64,000 bases of DNA from Paraspadella gotoi (GCA_051294375.1 CM119263.1:14586414-14650413), one strand, 5' to 3'. Counted from the stretch's first letter, positions 1 through 14,172 are shown. Numbers and translations are program-made. The notes: a model not told the origin generated them from the letters alone.

Positions 1-127
1 TGTTGACAATTTAGAGAAAATTATTATTAACAAAATTATGATAAAAAACAAAATCAAAATTTTTGTTTTGTTTTTGTCAAAAACCACCTGATCATTAATA
101 TCATTATTATTATACAAATGATTCCAG

Positions 128-1553
128 AGGAATACGTAACGGACGATACGTTCTACGCGGTTGCGGTAGCGAAAAAGAAAGATGCCGACACAACAATGTT
201 GAATTTAAGAGCGAAACGGGTAAGTTTAATTTTGAAATAAATCATTTGAGAAGTATAAAAGTTATAAAGTTTCAAAACTATGCACTATCAGAACGAGCTC
301 ATTTTTAAATCGGTATTTGGTTAAGGCTTGCATGGGAGGAATAGGAACGGAAGCGGGATGGACGCTACCCGTTCAGACAATCCTGTCAACATATCAAGCC
401 TACAGGGGAATGTTCTTCCGGGAAAAATGCGACGTCATTAAACTCATTGGTAATGACCCTTTATTTCAACAATTCTAGCACCATGAAAGAAGTTTCTTGA
501 CATAAAATAATTCTTGTTAATTGTATAATTTTCTCCAGGGGAATTCTTCTCGACATCATGCGTACCAGGCGCCTTGTCCCCAGCTTACAATGGGAAGTTG
601 CAAAACCCCCGAATGATGTGCGAGTTGTGCGGCGGCGATTCGGGCGGCGACTTTTGTGCTAAAAACATGGACGAACCTTACTTTGGAACAACTGGCGCAT
701 TCAAATGCCTCGTAGAGCGAGGAGAGGTTGCCTTCACGTCTCACAGAGCAGTCTTAGGTACGGACTCAATCACTCGTGTACAAAATTGCAAAAATTATCT
801 CCTGATATCAGCTGGCTCTTTACTCGCTTTTCGCTATAACTATTCTAACAAGTAAAACAACCGTTAATTTTTGAGCACCAAACTGATAAAACACCTTTTA
901 CAATTTCCAGACAACGTGGAGATGCGAAACAAGGAAAATTGGGCGCGCGCGTTGCGAGCAGACGAGTTTGAACTTTTGTGCCTCGACGGGACGAGGATGC
1001 CAGTTGAAAAGTATAAAGAATGCAACCTGGGAAAAGTCAAAGGAAGAGCACTCGTAACAGCGCGTGAGCACACTGAAAACCATGAAACTATCGACGTAGT
1101 AGAAAGGGTAACAAATTTATTCGTTTTAACGTTAACGGTTAAGGTCGTCGAAACGAACGCGACCGAAACATATTTTGGAACGTGTTCAACTTGGGTCAAA
1201 TGAACTTCGGTACCGGAAGTCAGTCAGAATTCAACATGTTTAGATCCGTGCCTTCCGCTTACGCCGATCTCATATTCAGGTAGTAGAATTAATCATGATA
1301 AAATTTTTTATTAACGCCACGAGATTTTAACATCGATGATACTCCATGTACGTACCTCTATTCCCCAAGCGACTCAACGATGAAACTCCAAAAAACTCCG
1401 AAAGAGAAGCAGGACTATCGCGAGTTCCTTGGTCGTGATGAATACCTTCCTCGCATACAACAGATGGATCTCACGACCTGCGCCTCTTCCAAGCTCACGG
1501 TCATCCTCAACACATTTCTGCTCGGACTGTTCGCAGCTTTCTTGCTTCACTAA
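128..1553 (+). CDS. MELTF: Melanotransferrin-like GPI-anchored transferrin, C-terminal lobe (5' partial, multi-exon)
   Basis: Spliced exons give transferrin motifs FYAVAVAKK, ACMGGIGTEAGWTLP, EFFSTSCVPG, EPYFGTTGAFKCLVERGEVAF, FELLCLDGTR, FNMFRS, DLIFSDST; hydrophobic tail TCASSKLTVILNTFLLGLFAAFLLH* (TAA 1551-1553); AATAAA at 1565. Confidence 0.9.
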
Positions 1554-1758
1554 GCTTACATCCCAATAAAAATTCGCAAATTGTAAAATACTGTAAATTT
1601 TGAATGTAAATATTTCATTCAATATTGCCTATAAATACGGATTTTTCAAAGATTGTTTATGACCATGACTTATAAGGTAAATATATATATATATAGTTTT
1701 GTTAATGAAATCCAATTTGGCTTATTTTTACATTCGCCGACCGGGATTTTGCGGTCGG

Positions 1759-2704
1759 TTATTATCGAGCCATGACCGGCGAAGCTGGTTTAGGCTCTAT
1801 AATGTTTTAGGATTGCTTCTTTGTGACGTAGTCGTCGTCGTCGTCGTCGTCACGCTGTTTTTATATAAAAACTACTACGCTTTTATAGGTTAGGCTATGA
1901 CTTACCGTTTTTTTTAAATAAAAATTATTATGAATTATTATAAAGTTTTACAAAAGTGTGCGATCATAGTAAGTTAAAAATTTAGATATAGCTTCTCATC
2001 TTGAAATAGCTTTGATAATTTCTTATTACATTTGGATTTAAGTATTTTTTGTTTGAATTTCCACTTCATTATGATTTACTGCAATATGCAAATAAGATTA
2101 TAGTACTCATTATAATATCCAAATTAGTATATAAAAATGCTTTAATCTAATTTACATATTGCAGTATATAATATTGAAGATGAAAGTCAAAAATTTTTTT
2201 TTAAATCTATAATAATAATAATAATAATAATAATCTCAAAGGAACTTTTTAATGAGAAGCTATATCTTAATTTTAATACAAATAAAAATGAAATCTTTTA
2301 CAAGCTGCGATTGGAAAAATTGTAAAAATTTCCAATTGTAAACCATTGTAACATTTTTTGCTTTTCTTTTATTTATTTTTTAATTATACATATATTTTTT
2401 TTAGGCGCTGCTTTTTCTGAATCAGGGTCTCTCTCTGTGTGCGTCTGTCTCTCTCTCTCTACGATCTCATGCGTGATCGTTCATTTTTTGAAAAAGTTTG
2501 ATTATTTTTTTCTTTCTAAAAAAAATATATATTTGATCAGGCGCTGCCTTTTCTGAATCGTTTAAAAACGAGTTCAGGCTCTCTCTCTCTCCGTCTCCCT
2601 CCGTTTCCCTCTCTCTCTTTTTTTTATAAAAAAAAAAATTATTCACTTTTTTTTCACCACCGTCACAAGGCGACGAGTAAACGAGTTCCGGCTCTCTGTC
2701 TCTT

Positions 2705-2749
<45 letters not shown>

Positions 2750-4789
2750 TTTTTTATGAAAAAAAAATTTTAGTCATTTTTTTTTCACCACCGTCACTAG
2801 GCGACGAGTAAACGAGTTCCGACTCTCACTTTCTCTCTTGCGTGATCGTTTTTTTTTGAAAAATTCTGATTATGTTTTTCCTTCTAAAAACTTTTATTAT
2901 CGTTATTTATTCGGGGCTTTTTTCTCAATACAAAATCCCAAATTTATATCCGAGATTTTCGTGGATACATTTTAAAAAAAGTGAAGAATAACTTATAATG
3001 ATATGCATTGTCACATGTAAATCAGCTAATGTGACCTATTATATATGCAACACTTTCGCCGAATAATATAATTGCATGCATCACATTTAAAAAAAAAAAA
3101 ATTGTTTTTATTTATTATTGTAACTTTGGACCGGTTGGCCCACTATTGGCAAATTATATCTAAAATAGGAGTTGATAAGAAAGATATAATCAAATTAAAC
3201 ATTACTTTTTTTGTTATTCTGATAATTTGTACTATTATTAAATTTATAAATATTTTTAGTGTATATATTTAGAACAAAGTTTGAAGAGAGATTTAACAAC
3301 AATTTTTATTTCATAGTGAAACGGACATGTTTTGACTTACATACAAGTCTTCTTCAGCGCCAATTCAATTTGTGAATTTGAAGAGAATTTTGTGCATAAA
3401 GAAAGAGAGAGAGAGAGAGAGACAGAGCAAAATTTCCAACACAGAGTTTGAGAGAAAGGATAGTGTTCAGTTTTTTATTAGGGACAGGTGAGGGTGAGGA
3501 CAGAGATAGTTTGTGAAAAGAAATTGAAATGGAGAGAGAGAGAGAGAGAAAGAGAGACAGTGCTTGAAAATATAATACATTATGAAATGTACAACAATAT
3601 TAAAGTTTGGTAAACTTTAATAATGAATAATATCAACAATTAGCTACAGTAATAAATTAGTGAAATGAAATAGAAGTTCAGAAATGTGAAATATTTATTG
3701 TTAGTGAGGGATAGCTAAGTAATTAGGAAAAGGGAAATTTTAAGTAATAAGAAAGAGCTCAAAATGAGCTTGTTCTAAACCAAATCACAACGAAACAGAA
3801 AGGAAAAAAACAGTATATATATTTAATCATTTTTATCTTTTTTTTAATTAATAATTATTTGAGTTGTGAAAACTATTTATAAATTAATTAAATATGCAAA
3901 TATAAAATTTGACCTCGGTCTGGTTTCTTCCTAAAAAAAAAACAATCAAAAATTTTATTCAAGATTAAAATTTTTTAAAATAAGGAAATAAAATTTCCGT
4001 GCTTTTTTTCTCAATACAAAATCCCAAATTTACATTCAAGATTTTCGTGGATTTTTTTCCTAAAAATTCTGATTATTCTTTATATAAACGAGAGAGACCT
4101 AATAATGCGTTTCGTTGGCGGGAAAACTGTCCAGCCTCTCTCTCTCTTTCACTCATACACGCATTTGTTTGTTTTATTTACGATGAATGATTCATCGCGT
4201 CAATGAATGACTATCATCGCATCAATGAATGACTATATCGTATCAATGAATGATTATCATCATATCAATGAATGACTATCATCGCATCAATCATTTGATT
4301 ATCATCATATCAGTCATTTTGTTATCATCGCATCAATTATTGGTTATCATCGCGTCAATATTTAGTTATCATCGCATCAATATTTGGTTATCATCGCATC
4401 AATATTTGGTTACCATCGAAAGCTGGCTCGATCCTTATGCTTTTAAGATTTTTTTTTCCGCTTTTTATGATCTTGTTACGCCAAAAAAAGAGTAAAAGAA
4501 GGGAAAAAAAAGTTATTACTACCCCTAAACCCTAACTACCCCTAACCCAATTATTAACCGTTTAAAAAATATAATATAAAATAATAAAATAAATTTAATA
4601 ATAATACGAAATATGCAAAAATATATTTTATTCAAAGAAAAACTGAAACGATACTAGAAGGAAAACAAAATTCAATGAATTAACAAATCACCGATAGTCG
4701 TTCTGGCTCGATAGCGAGGCCCTGTGATATTTTCCGTCATCCACCGTACTAAGCTCATATAGTGCGACCGTTGGTCGCTAAGATTAGTT
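1759..4789 (+). mobile_element. HINE/DINE-like (Helentron-associated) non-autonomous element, composite
   Basis: 5' subterminal IR TATCGAGCCA (1763-1772) inside a hairpin, then (GTC)n; complementary TGGCTCGAT at 4426 and 4704; 3' palindrome GCGACC-GTT-GGTCGC 4764-4778; internal (CT)n and ~22-bp minisatellite. Confidence 0.6.
4190..4420. repeat. ~22-bp minisatellite (TATCATCGCATCAAT...), inverted homolog at ~55260-55575
   Basis: Directly visible tandem units; flanking TTTATTTACGATGAATGA shared with the 55.5 kb copy. Confidence 0.8.
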
Positions 4790-4889
4790 GCGGACGTCGA
4801 ATAGTAAAGTTACCCCATAATTTTTTAATAATTCAACCCTGCAATGTTATCAGCGAATTAACTACATATGTAGACTAAATATTACTTCT

Positions 4890-7800
4890 TTTTATCGTCG
4901 CAAACGCTAAGCGATTGCGACGATATTGGTGACAAATGAAAAATGGCGTAACGTTACTGTTCCGTGCATAAAAAAATTCACTGTTCAATATTATTATATT
5001 TCTTTTTATTTTTGAAACGTTATAGTTTCATATGTCCATATCCAAAATATCAATGCAAAATCTTTTTTTTGTTTTTAGATATGACCGAATATAGGGTGAA
5101 AGATGATAAATTTTTTTAAAAAGTTACTTATTCATATTTATTCCTAGAATTGTAATAAAAAAAAATAAAAAAAAATAATAGTACCAATAGTTAGTGTTAT
5201 GTCTCAAATAGATGGAAAAAAAACCTCATTTAAAAATTCGATCGGAAGTGGGGTAACTAAGGCTTACCAATTGCATCCTCCACGCCGATTGTTCTCTCAA
5301 ATAATTTTTTTTATTTAATACATTTGAAAGGGAAAAAAAGAAAATTCAGAATGCAGGTTGTATAAAGGGTACAGATAATCTGGACTTACTGACATGATAA
5401 CCATGACCTTTTATATCTTGTGAAATGGGGGCAGTAAAGATATCTAAAAATTCGATCATTAAGTCAGTCAATGAACCCTTTCTAATGGGCTATTACGAGA
5501 AATATTTTTTAATTAAAATGGATGATAAATAATAGAATTAAATTCCTTGCTATATTTAAAAGAAAATTATCAAATTAATTTAACACAATGATGTCTTGCT
5601 TTGTCAAATATATTGCTAGCTATATAATTTTAAAAACTTTATTATGATAAACAACAGTGTGTCAAGCTTTTAGTTTGCAGTTAAAGATAATAAAAAATGC
5701 TGATTTTTTTCACAGACAAGAAGGTAGATGTCCAGACTGTTTATATCAAGCTGAAAACATTTTTGTATTTATCATTTTTGATATTTAAAAAAACATTTTA
5801 TCAAACTACAATATAAATTTTTGCTTGTTTTTTACTTTAACTTAAAAATATAAGCAGTTTTATGGAATAAGAAAATTTAATAATAATCAAAATGTAATTC
5901 AGTCTTTCCTTTTTTAAATTACAAAAGAAAATAAAAAATTTCATATGCCTTCATTAAAATTTTTAAAGCAAAAAACTGTTATAATTTTAACTCTGATTTA
6001 AACAAAAGCTGTGTAAAGATTTATGAATTTAATTTAATAAACTGTTTTAGAAAGGTGTCCCATGATTAGGGCTTTAATTTGATACCACACCCATTTTGCT
6101 AGCTCTTTTCTTTCAAAAGTTATTTAATAAAATAACTTTTTTAAACTACGCAGTACAAATCTTTGTTAAATAAAAATTTTGGCAAAGCGGGAGTATCTCA
6201 CTTATTTCTATTGATACGATACTTAAATTTTAAAATAAAACTTGAAGAAAATTTTTTGTCATTTAAAGACATATCACTTCAGATGTACCCATCGTATAAT
6301 AATTGATTTATTTTATTCCCAAAAAAAGCCTAATTAAAAAAGCTGAAATTTTTTCAAATTGTTGGAAAAAAATTTCCTCCAACCTATACTCATTGGAGAA
6401 TAATGGTTTTGCATAAAAAATCAAAATATCAAAAAAATAAAAAAATCAGCCTCTAGAAAAATCGAAAGGCTAGAGGCTGATTTTTTTAGAATTGCAAAAT
6501 TTTTTTCCTAACTCGAAATCCATTATTCTCAAGTTTCAAAATATTTTTTTCCAAAATCATTCAATCAATTTTTTAATTAATTTAAAATGTTTTTATGATG
6601 TTGTTTTGTTTTGAAAGAATTGAAAAAAAGTGAAAAAATAAGTAATTATATAAGGTTTTTAGAAATACCTCTAAAATATTAAATAATTAAACACAAGGGG
6701 AGTAAGCAGTAAAAACTTCCATTCATAAAAAAAATTGAAAATGAATTTGTCATATTGTTATTAGATTAATTGATTAATTACAAACATATGATTCATATAA
6801 ATTGAGGAAATGATGGGTAAAAAATATTCATCTTGGTTTCGGTTAACTATTAAGTTATCGTTAAAATTTGTTTTAATAATATTAAATATTTTTTGCATTT
6901 ATAAAAGCAATGGTCTAAAATTTTGTAAGCGTTTCGAGCTATATTGCTTCATCTTTTTTACTATTTTTGATCTAGTTAGCTTTTTTGTTGATGGTCAAGG
7001 GTTATGGTCAGACACAGTAATGTCCAGTAGTGTATATCGCACATATTACCAAAAGTAATAATCAATTAATTTGGCTCAGAAATAATTTTAAAGGGACAAA
7101 ATCAGCACGAGACAGTAACGCCACGTTATTTTTCATTGTGTCGTATCGCTTTTGCCCACAAGTGGCGTCGGTCGTCGGCGTTCCAAATTATAGATCGCCT
7201 TTTTTATGATTAAATGTGTATGAAGCTGAAAATTTATACACAGCTTTTCATCATCGATGTGCTTAAAATTGAGTCTGGACAGTTATTAAATGTTTTTTTT
7301 ACGTTTTATCAAAACAAACAAATTCTCTCTTTTATTTTTATATTTCTTTCTCTTTCTCTATTTTCTCTTTTCCTTACCCTAGTCACTGATTCATAGGGAA
7401 AAAAACGAGTCTGCAGCTGGCTCTGCAGGGGCTTATTCTTTTTCTCTCTCTTCTCCTGCTGCTTCTGCTGCTGCCTTTTGATTTCTTTCTTTTTTTCTGG
7501 GTGCCTCTGCTGCTGCCGCTGCTGATTCGTCCGAAAACGATTTGGCTTCTCTCTCTCTCTCTCTCTGCGTTTTTATTAAAAAAAAAAAATTGAATGAGGA
7601 TTGAATTCGTAAAATTAGGCTTCGCATTTGAGCATGTTATCATTTTGGTATCGCAACATCGGGTTTTTATTTCGTGCTTTCTTCTCGTCACTCTCAATTT
7701 TTCTTTCCTTTTTATTCCTTCTTTCCTTTCTTTTCTTTCTTTCCTTTCTCTTCTTTATTTTTATTCTTTTCTTCTTTTTCTTTGTTTATAAATTTTTTTC

Positions 7801-7900
7801 CCCCTCAAATTTGATTTTTTTTTAGTATATAAATTTGTCAACAATCCAGATTTTTCTTGTGCGATTGCGACGATCCTTATGCTTTTAAGATTTTTTTTAT
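4890..7900 (+). mobile_element. HINE-like family B copy, interrupted by a ~2.2 kb TIR element
   Basis: Hairpin TATCGTCGCAA...TTGCGACGATA at 4893-4925; 7143-7900 matches the reverse complement of 37560-38720; 3' subTIR TTGCGACGAT near 7865. Confidence 0.7.
4930..7142. mobile_element. Non-autonomous TIR DNA transposon nested in HINE B
   Basis: Imperfect ~37-bp TIRs (GACAAATGAAAAATGGCGTAACGTTACTGTTCCGTGC versus right-end reverse complement GACACAATGAAAAATAACGTGGCGTTACTGTCTCGTGC); empty site visible in the 38.7 kb copy; internal parts homologous to 35425-36420. Confidence 0.65.
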
Positions 7901-7984
7901 TGTAATGAGGTGTATTTTTCTACATAAATTTAAGAATTAAAAAAATTAATGGTGTGGAAGACGATCGGGCTGTAGTTCGTCACT

Positions 7985-8298
7985 ACAGGTGGGTTAGACG
8001 CCTCGTCGCGCTTTGTTTGAATCAGCAGGGCGCGAACCCAAGTCCTTTGGGTTGGCAGGAGATCATGATACATCCGGCGCTATAGGTGCTACTGATTCTT
8101 GGACCGGATATGAAATACTACTGCTACACATCGCCCCCCTAGGCATCACGCAGCCAAAAGTGAGAAGGCTATGATGCACGCGTTGTGCCCGATCACTCTA
8201 GTCTTTTGGGTTGGGAGTAGCTCGTGCTATCACCGACGCCATCTAGGTGCTGCTGATTCTCGGACGAGTAGCGGGTTATGAAATACTACCGCTACAAT
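7985..8298 (-). mobile_element. Two tandem degenerate tRNA-derived SINE heads
   Basis: Shared CCAACCCAAAGG motif and B-box-like GGTTCGCGCC; similar head to the 21.3 kb and 42.2 kb SINEs. Confidence 0.5.
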
Positions 8299-8798
8299 GG
8301 GCTAAATAATTTCTAACTCAGTTATCAATTTGGCCCCTTATGTGGCGATCAGTGAAAAATACAGTTAGTTAATAGAACGAATAACTGATAACAGCAATTA
8401 GATTTTTTTTTTCAAATAGACCTCAGACTGATGAAATTGAAAAATTTTATTTGTAAATTTGGGGTGAACGAGGACTAAACATAAAAGTAAAAACAACTAG
8501 TATAACAGAGAAAAACCAAAAAAAAAATGAATATGATTTGAGCAATAAAGACGGGGTTCAAATGGCACCAAAATAAATAAAATTTACAATGCAGATTTCG
8601 GCTCGTTTTTTTTCCTAAGCATTACAAAACTTGAGTTTTTTAAAAATTTCTATGCAAAAAAAAAACCTTAACCACAAATACGAAACCAATTGATTAGCTG
8701 TAAAATAAATGTAGCAACCGATTTAAGTTCACAAGTCGTAAGTATAAATTGATCTATTATAGAAAATTAAAAATGATTCGAAAAGACCTTTGACTTTG

Positions 8799-11687
8799 TT
8801 AACTTCCAAAAATAACGTCAGCATCGATGGAGATTATTTTGAACTCTTGCAGTAGAGCGAGGGCGAGAAAGACCAGGTACAAAACGAAGAGACATGCGCC
8901 GTAAACGCGGCCCACTCGGAACTTGGAAAAAAACATCCACAAAAAAGTAAAGAGGAGTGACGTTGCCAAAGTTAACAGCAGTATGGCGTTGATGTCGGTC
9001 CGTTCTATGGAAAAGTTTTGGTCGGACTGGGGGAGAGTGTAGTGACATAATACATTATTTATAGAAACAACACAGACAACATATAAAAGCGAAAAACTTG
9101 AACCTTAATTATAGCAATGGTGAAGGGAATGCCGAAGCCCAAGAGGGTGTTGAAAAGCGGGGCGGCGAAGCAGGCGGACAATGCCATTCGTGAATTTCCT
9201 GAAAAACGTAGCAAGTATTACTAAGTCATTAAGACATTACACTGTACTTATTACCGGCCCTGGCTAGAGCGCAATCTGTGACGAAATCTCCGATGCTGTT
9301 ACCCCAGGCAAGGACCGTAAGGCCGAGAACAGTGACGCCGATGTCGGCGACCACGCCTACGGCTGAGAGGATATCTACCACCTCGTTGGCCAATGTGTAG
9401 ATCCACAGCACACTCATGGCGAATGCTGTTCAGGAAATTAAATAACCTTTGTATGACTGGTCATCTTAGATTCAACAAAATTGGAACAATAGGAATCAAT
9501 AAAATGGCTTTGCTTGCCTAAATAAGAAAAAAGGAAAAAAAAGCGCGGAGTCGTTTCAAAACTCGTGACGGCAATAAGAGTTACGCAGAGAATGAATCCG
9601 ATAAGGAGCGCCAGCGCCCAAACCGGAAACATGGAATTGATAAGCGTCATTGGTTGCCCAATCAAAAGCGCAATCATAGACGGCATGAGAAGCAAGCGGA
9701 GAGCGAACGACCATTGATTCCAGCCTGAGGAAAGAGATTGTTTTCTCGATTTTAAGAAGCTACATCCACCTTGTTTACCTATATGCCTTTCTTGGTACCC
9801 AACCTTTCAACTTCCCGTTGACGCCGTCATACTCGACCGATGGAATGGTGGCGGCTATCAAGAGCCGCATTGGCACCACGGCCACCGTGTAAATCTTTGT
9901 CCACAATCGTGACTCTCTCCATTCCTCCGTGGACATTCCCAAAGGCGAAAAAGACGCCATAAAGGAAGTGGTTTCCAACGACGACTTTTTGTCCTCATCG
10001 ACAGAAGATACGGTCGCGTCGTCTGTTCCCAGAAGTGGTTCGTCGTCGGCGTCGATGGGGAGTATCCTATCATCGGATTCCACACTGAGCGAGTTTGTAG
10101 CGAAGAAGGGTGTGGAGGGAGAAGCGGATGACTCGAGATTAACGGACATAACTCGATCGAACGAAGGAGGCGAGTAAAGATCTTGCCCCGATAATGATAT
10201 GCAATGCACTACTGGAAGCTGAGAATCCTCGAAGGTATCCTGAGCAGGTTGAGAGAGTTGGCGAGAAACGGGAAGAACATTTTCATCGGAGATGGGATGC
10301 AAAGCTGGTGAATAAGGATCTTCAGAGAGAACTGAATTTTCGGCCGCTGGGGAAAAATCTTTGTAGCAACCAGGATGAACGGCAGGTGGGTAAGAATCAT
10401 CTCGACCAGTCTCCCACTCAGCAGATTCGGTGGGACCGTCGACGACAGAGGGGGTAGAAGCTGTGAAAGATGGGGAACCACAATAGGGTTCAGGTGAAAC
10501 TGAAGCTGGGACAGACAAGGACGCGTCAAGATCCTAGAAGTGGGGAAAGGTAGGAATAAATACACGAAAAAACGTTTCAAGAAAAAGTAAAATCAGTTTT
10601 ACATTTTTTTTACGACAGTATAGATTGATCCGCCTCCCGATAACGACGACGAGCACATAAATCACATACAAGCCGATAAATCCAGCTGAAAAGTGAAACA
10701 AAAAATCCCACAAGAAACATGCAAATGTTTTTCTCCGATAAAGGTCTCACCAGCGTCCGTGATAGAAACTTCTGACTCGTACAGCATCCGGTAAGTCCAA
10801 GTGATCGTGAAAATGTAAAATACGACATCCCTTAGCAAAGGACGTTCCATGGGATGGAATGGATTGATGACGGCAATAGCGCCGACTACAACGGTGGTGA
10901 CAAATATTCCGGCGCCGAATAAAGCTCCGAACGCCATTCCTTTTTAATCGAGATTCTATCGAGATATAATTTCACGGAAAAAACCAAAACGACTATTTTG
11001 AAATAACCTGGCTGCGGACGTTGACCTCCGATCGCCGCGATCGACCCAAAAATATCAGGCGCACCATTTCCAAAAGCGACGAAGGTTACTCCAACCAAGT
11101 TTTCTACATAAAAATATAATAAAATGTAGGTTTCCACTATTCTTATTGGGTAATCATTAGAGTACATCGACACGTATATCAAAATCGAATAATAATATGA
11201 AATTTAATAATAATATATAAACATTGAAATACTTTTGACATACCGGAAAGTTTCAATTGTTTGTGAATGACCTTCAACGCAGGGCATAGGAATTCGTCTG
11301 CAGCCAAACCCAAACAAGCTATCAGAAAAATCAACCAGAGAATAACTAAGATAAAAAGCAAAGGCCACAAGTAGGGTACGTTTGAACCTGAACATATAAA
11401 TATTATCTATAAAAGAGATACAAATTAATGTAGACTTTCCGGTAGTATTTACCGGCTAGGGAACAATGTATAAACTTGAGGTAGTTAAGAAACCCATCGT
11501 CGGGTTGGCAAGCTCCAGTTTCGTTAATAAAATGGCACAATTCCCCATAAGTCAAATTTGGAATTCTGTGGTAAGAACTACAGTCAACGACAGGGAATGT
11601 TTCTGATATGGAATTATTCCTTAGAGTAGTTATGGTTGGTAGCAAAAAATTTGAGTCACCCGACACAAAGATCTTGAACGGCGACAT
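8799..11687 (-). CDS. SLC8B1: NCLX/NCKX6-type cation/Ca2+ exchanger (CCX family), multi-exon; exact start uncertain
   Basis: Alpha-1 GVTFVAFGNGAPDIF, alpha-2 GLTVLAWGNSIGDF, AADEFLCPAL, LFGAGIFVTTVV, MALSACFAAPLFNTLLG; Cys-rich N-terminus CQPDDGFLNYLKFIHC; TAA 8801-8799. Confidence 0.92.
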
Positions 11688-12307
11688 GGTCGATTATAAT
11701 TCGATGTAGTCAAAAATATCATTATTAGCAAAATCCCGCTCTGAGAATGGCAATTAAAACTGAGTCCTTATCATGCCGCCTAATTGTGAAGTTTTAATTG
11801 CAATCAAAGTCTAAAATGTTGATTGTTTATGCCGCTAATTTCGCCTATATCCCGTTTCAGCCTTCATAAACATAATATGAATCATATCTGATTAATCTGT
11901 TGCTTCTCTCAATCTTATCTTCGTTCTAAAAACGCGCGTCAGAGGGCCAGACAAAAGACTATTAAGTAGCAACTTCAAACTGATAGTGATAAGTTTCAAA
12001 AGGTCAGACGATAATAGTCGATATATATACAAATTTATACAGCAAAACCTGTCACAACACCTTTTGTCGTCGTTGTTGTTCGATACGCGAATAAGTAGCT
12101 AATAAAGCGTTTAAAAACCATCAATCCAAATAAAATGGTCTCAAAAAAGATGACTACAAGTACAAAGGAGAAGAAACCAAAAAAATCCAGGCGTAAATTT
12201 ATAATCTTGAGTGAAAAAAATAGTACAGTGTTGTATATATTTTTAAGAGATCATTTGTTTTAGTACACGGTGAAGTCATTTTGGTTTTCAAAGAACAAAA
12301 ATATTAT

Positions 12308-14172
12308 TCAGTCCCCGATTGCGCGATTTTCCGTGACATCCTCCAGTCCCTCGGCGCCAGCCGCAGTTTTTGGCGTTGGCGGCGCCTCTTGCGACGCGCT
12401 GGGCGCGACCGTCAAAATTATGGACGGTACCTCCTGGTAGAGCTTTTGGATCTGCATTACCTGATTTAAGAAGGCAAAGAACATTATTATCTCCATCGTA
12501 AAATAATTTAAAGAAGTATCACAATGAAGCAACCAAGATGGTTTAGGAAATTGAGCCCGTAACTGAGAACCGTTTCAACCTGGGCCGGAACTTTGGGTTC
12601 GGAGATAAGGCGATAGCACAATGCACTAATACGGTGAACGGAACAGCCAGTAGTTACGTCATTAATCACTACAAGTTTGAGCAATTTATAATGTCGGATC
12701 TGCCTACGATAATTTAGCGGTAAGAAGTTAATCAGATGATAAATCAAGATCTATATTTAAATTTCTGATCATAATAAACTTTTAAGTAAATCAATTAAAA
12801 TATATATTAATCAATTGATCAAATAGTCAATCAATTAATCATACAGCAAAAATTATAAATGATCTGGCCAATAAAAATATTAATAAACGGACAGAAATAA
12901 TTTTTCTTACATTATCATAATTCGATAAGATCTAAATAATCTATTAACAAGATTTTGGGGAAGGACCGACGGACCGACAAAGTGGGTTATAGAGTAGAAA
13001 TTGCTATTGGCAAATCAGAATAATAATAAAAAAAATAAAAACTTTAAATAATAGATTAGAAAAATTAATGGCGGAATAAAAACATTAAATTAGAAAAATT
13101 AAAAATTAAAAATTAAAGATTCAACGATTCATTGATGCGATGATGATGAAATATTAATACGATAATGAAAATCAAAAAAGTTATTTGTTTTACATTGAAG
13201 CGATGATGAAAAAAAAAAATAATTCAATGATACAACCATTTACTTGATTAAAGAAAATTAAAGAAATTGAAGATTTTGAAGATAGTAAAATTTATAAACA
13301 TCATCAGATAATATTGTATTACAAACTTGGATAAAATCGAGTTTCCTGTAAGGTTAAAACTTTTTGGGAAATAGACTTACGGATTGCGCCCAACTGCGGT
13401 TCCAACGTCGCGACTCTGACGTCGAAGTGGAATTTGAATCTTCCACGGATGCAAGTGTGTTTAGAAACCACTCCTTGAATTCCTGGTAGTTTTTTTTTAT
13501 TAATTAAAACGAAATCGAATATCATGGACTAGATCGTGACCATTTAAACCCGCCGTTATAAAAAATTCACCATATAAAAACGTGTAGAGAGTTTAATATT
13601 TTGAAAGTAGATATATATAAAGACAAAACGGGTACAATTTTTCATTTAGTATTAATCCTTTCTTTTCGTTGTTTGAAATGTTTAGAGATTGACAAAGTTT
13701 TTGTTTTGCAACGAATTTTATTTACATAAAAACAGACATGTTTCGACTTGTTTTTCAAGCCTTCATCAGCGTTTAACAGTTTGTTTATATAAATAAAATT
13801 CGTTGCAAACCAAAAATTTGTCAATCTCTAAAANNNNNNNNNNTTTAATTTTTTTGAAAATTGATTTAGTTCGTAGTGAGTGAAACGAGATGAGAAACAA
13901 ATTCGAGCTTTTCAGTCAGAAATAAAGGGAATTTAGTCACCTGAAATTAATGGCCCTGTTAACCCATAATAATCTCATAAATTTGTACTAATATGGGTAG
14001 CACAAGAACGCCCGTTAAAAATGGATTTAGGAATATCGATTATAATTTTTTAAAAGTAATATACCTTGCCATTGATTAATCTTAAAATGAAGTGGTTTTA
14101 AATTTATTTTTTATGCTACAGGATCGAAAAATATATATTGTTGGTTGAACCAATTTCATAATATAAATATAA

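Noticed and set aside
1108-1143. Apparent 36-nt mini-intron in melanotransferrin
   Set aside because: Phase mismatch; the donor at 1064 (80-nt intron) restores the frame
4190-4420. Regularly spaced repeats superficially like a CRISPR array (also 38850-38930)
   Set aside because: No unique spacers, no cas genes, eukaryotic minisatellite
12530-12700. VETVLSYGLNF, similar to the N-terminal region of Penelope RT
   Set aside because: Single short motif with no supporting context
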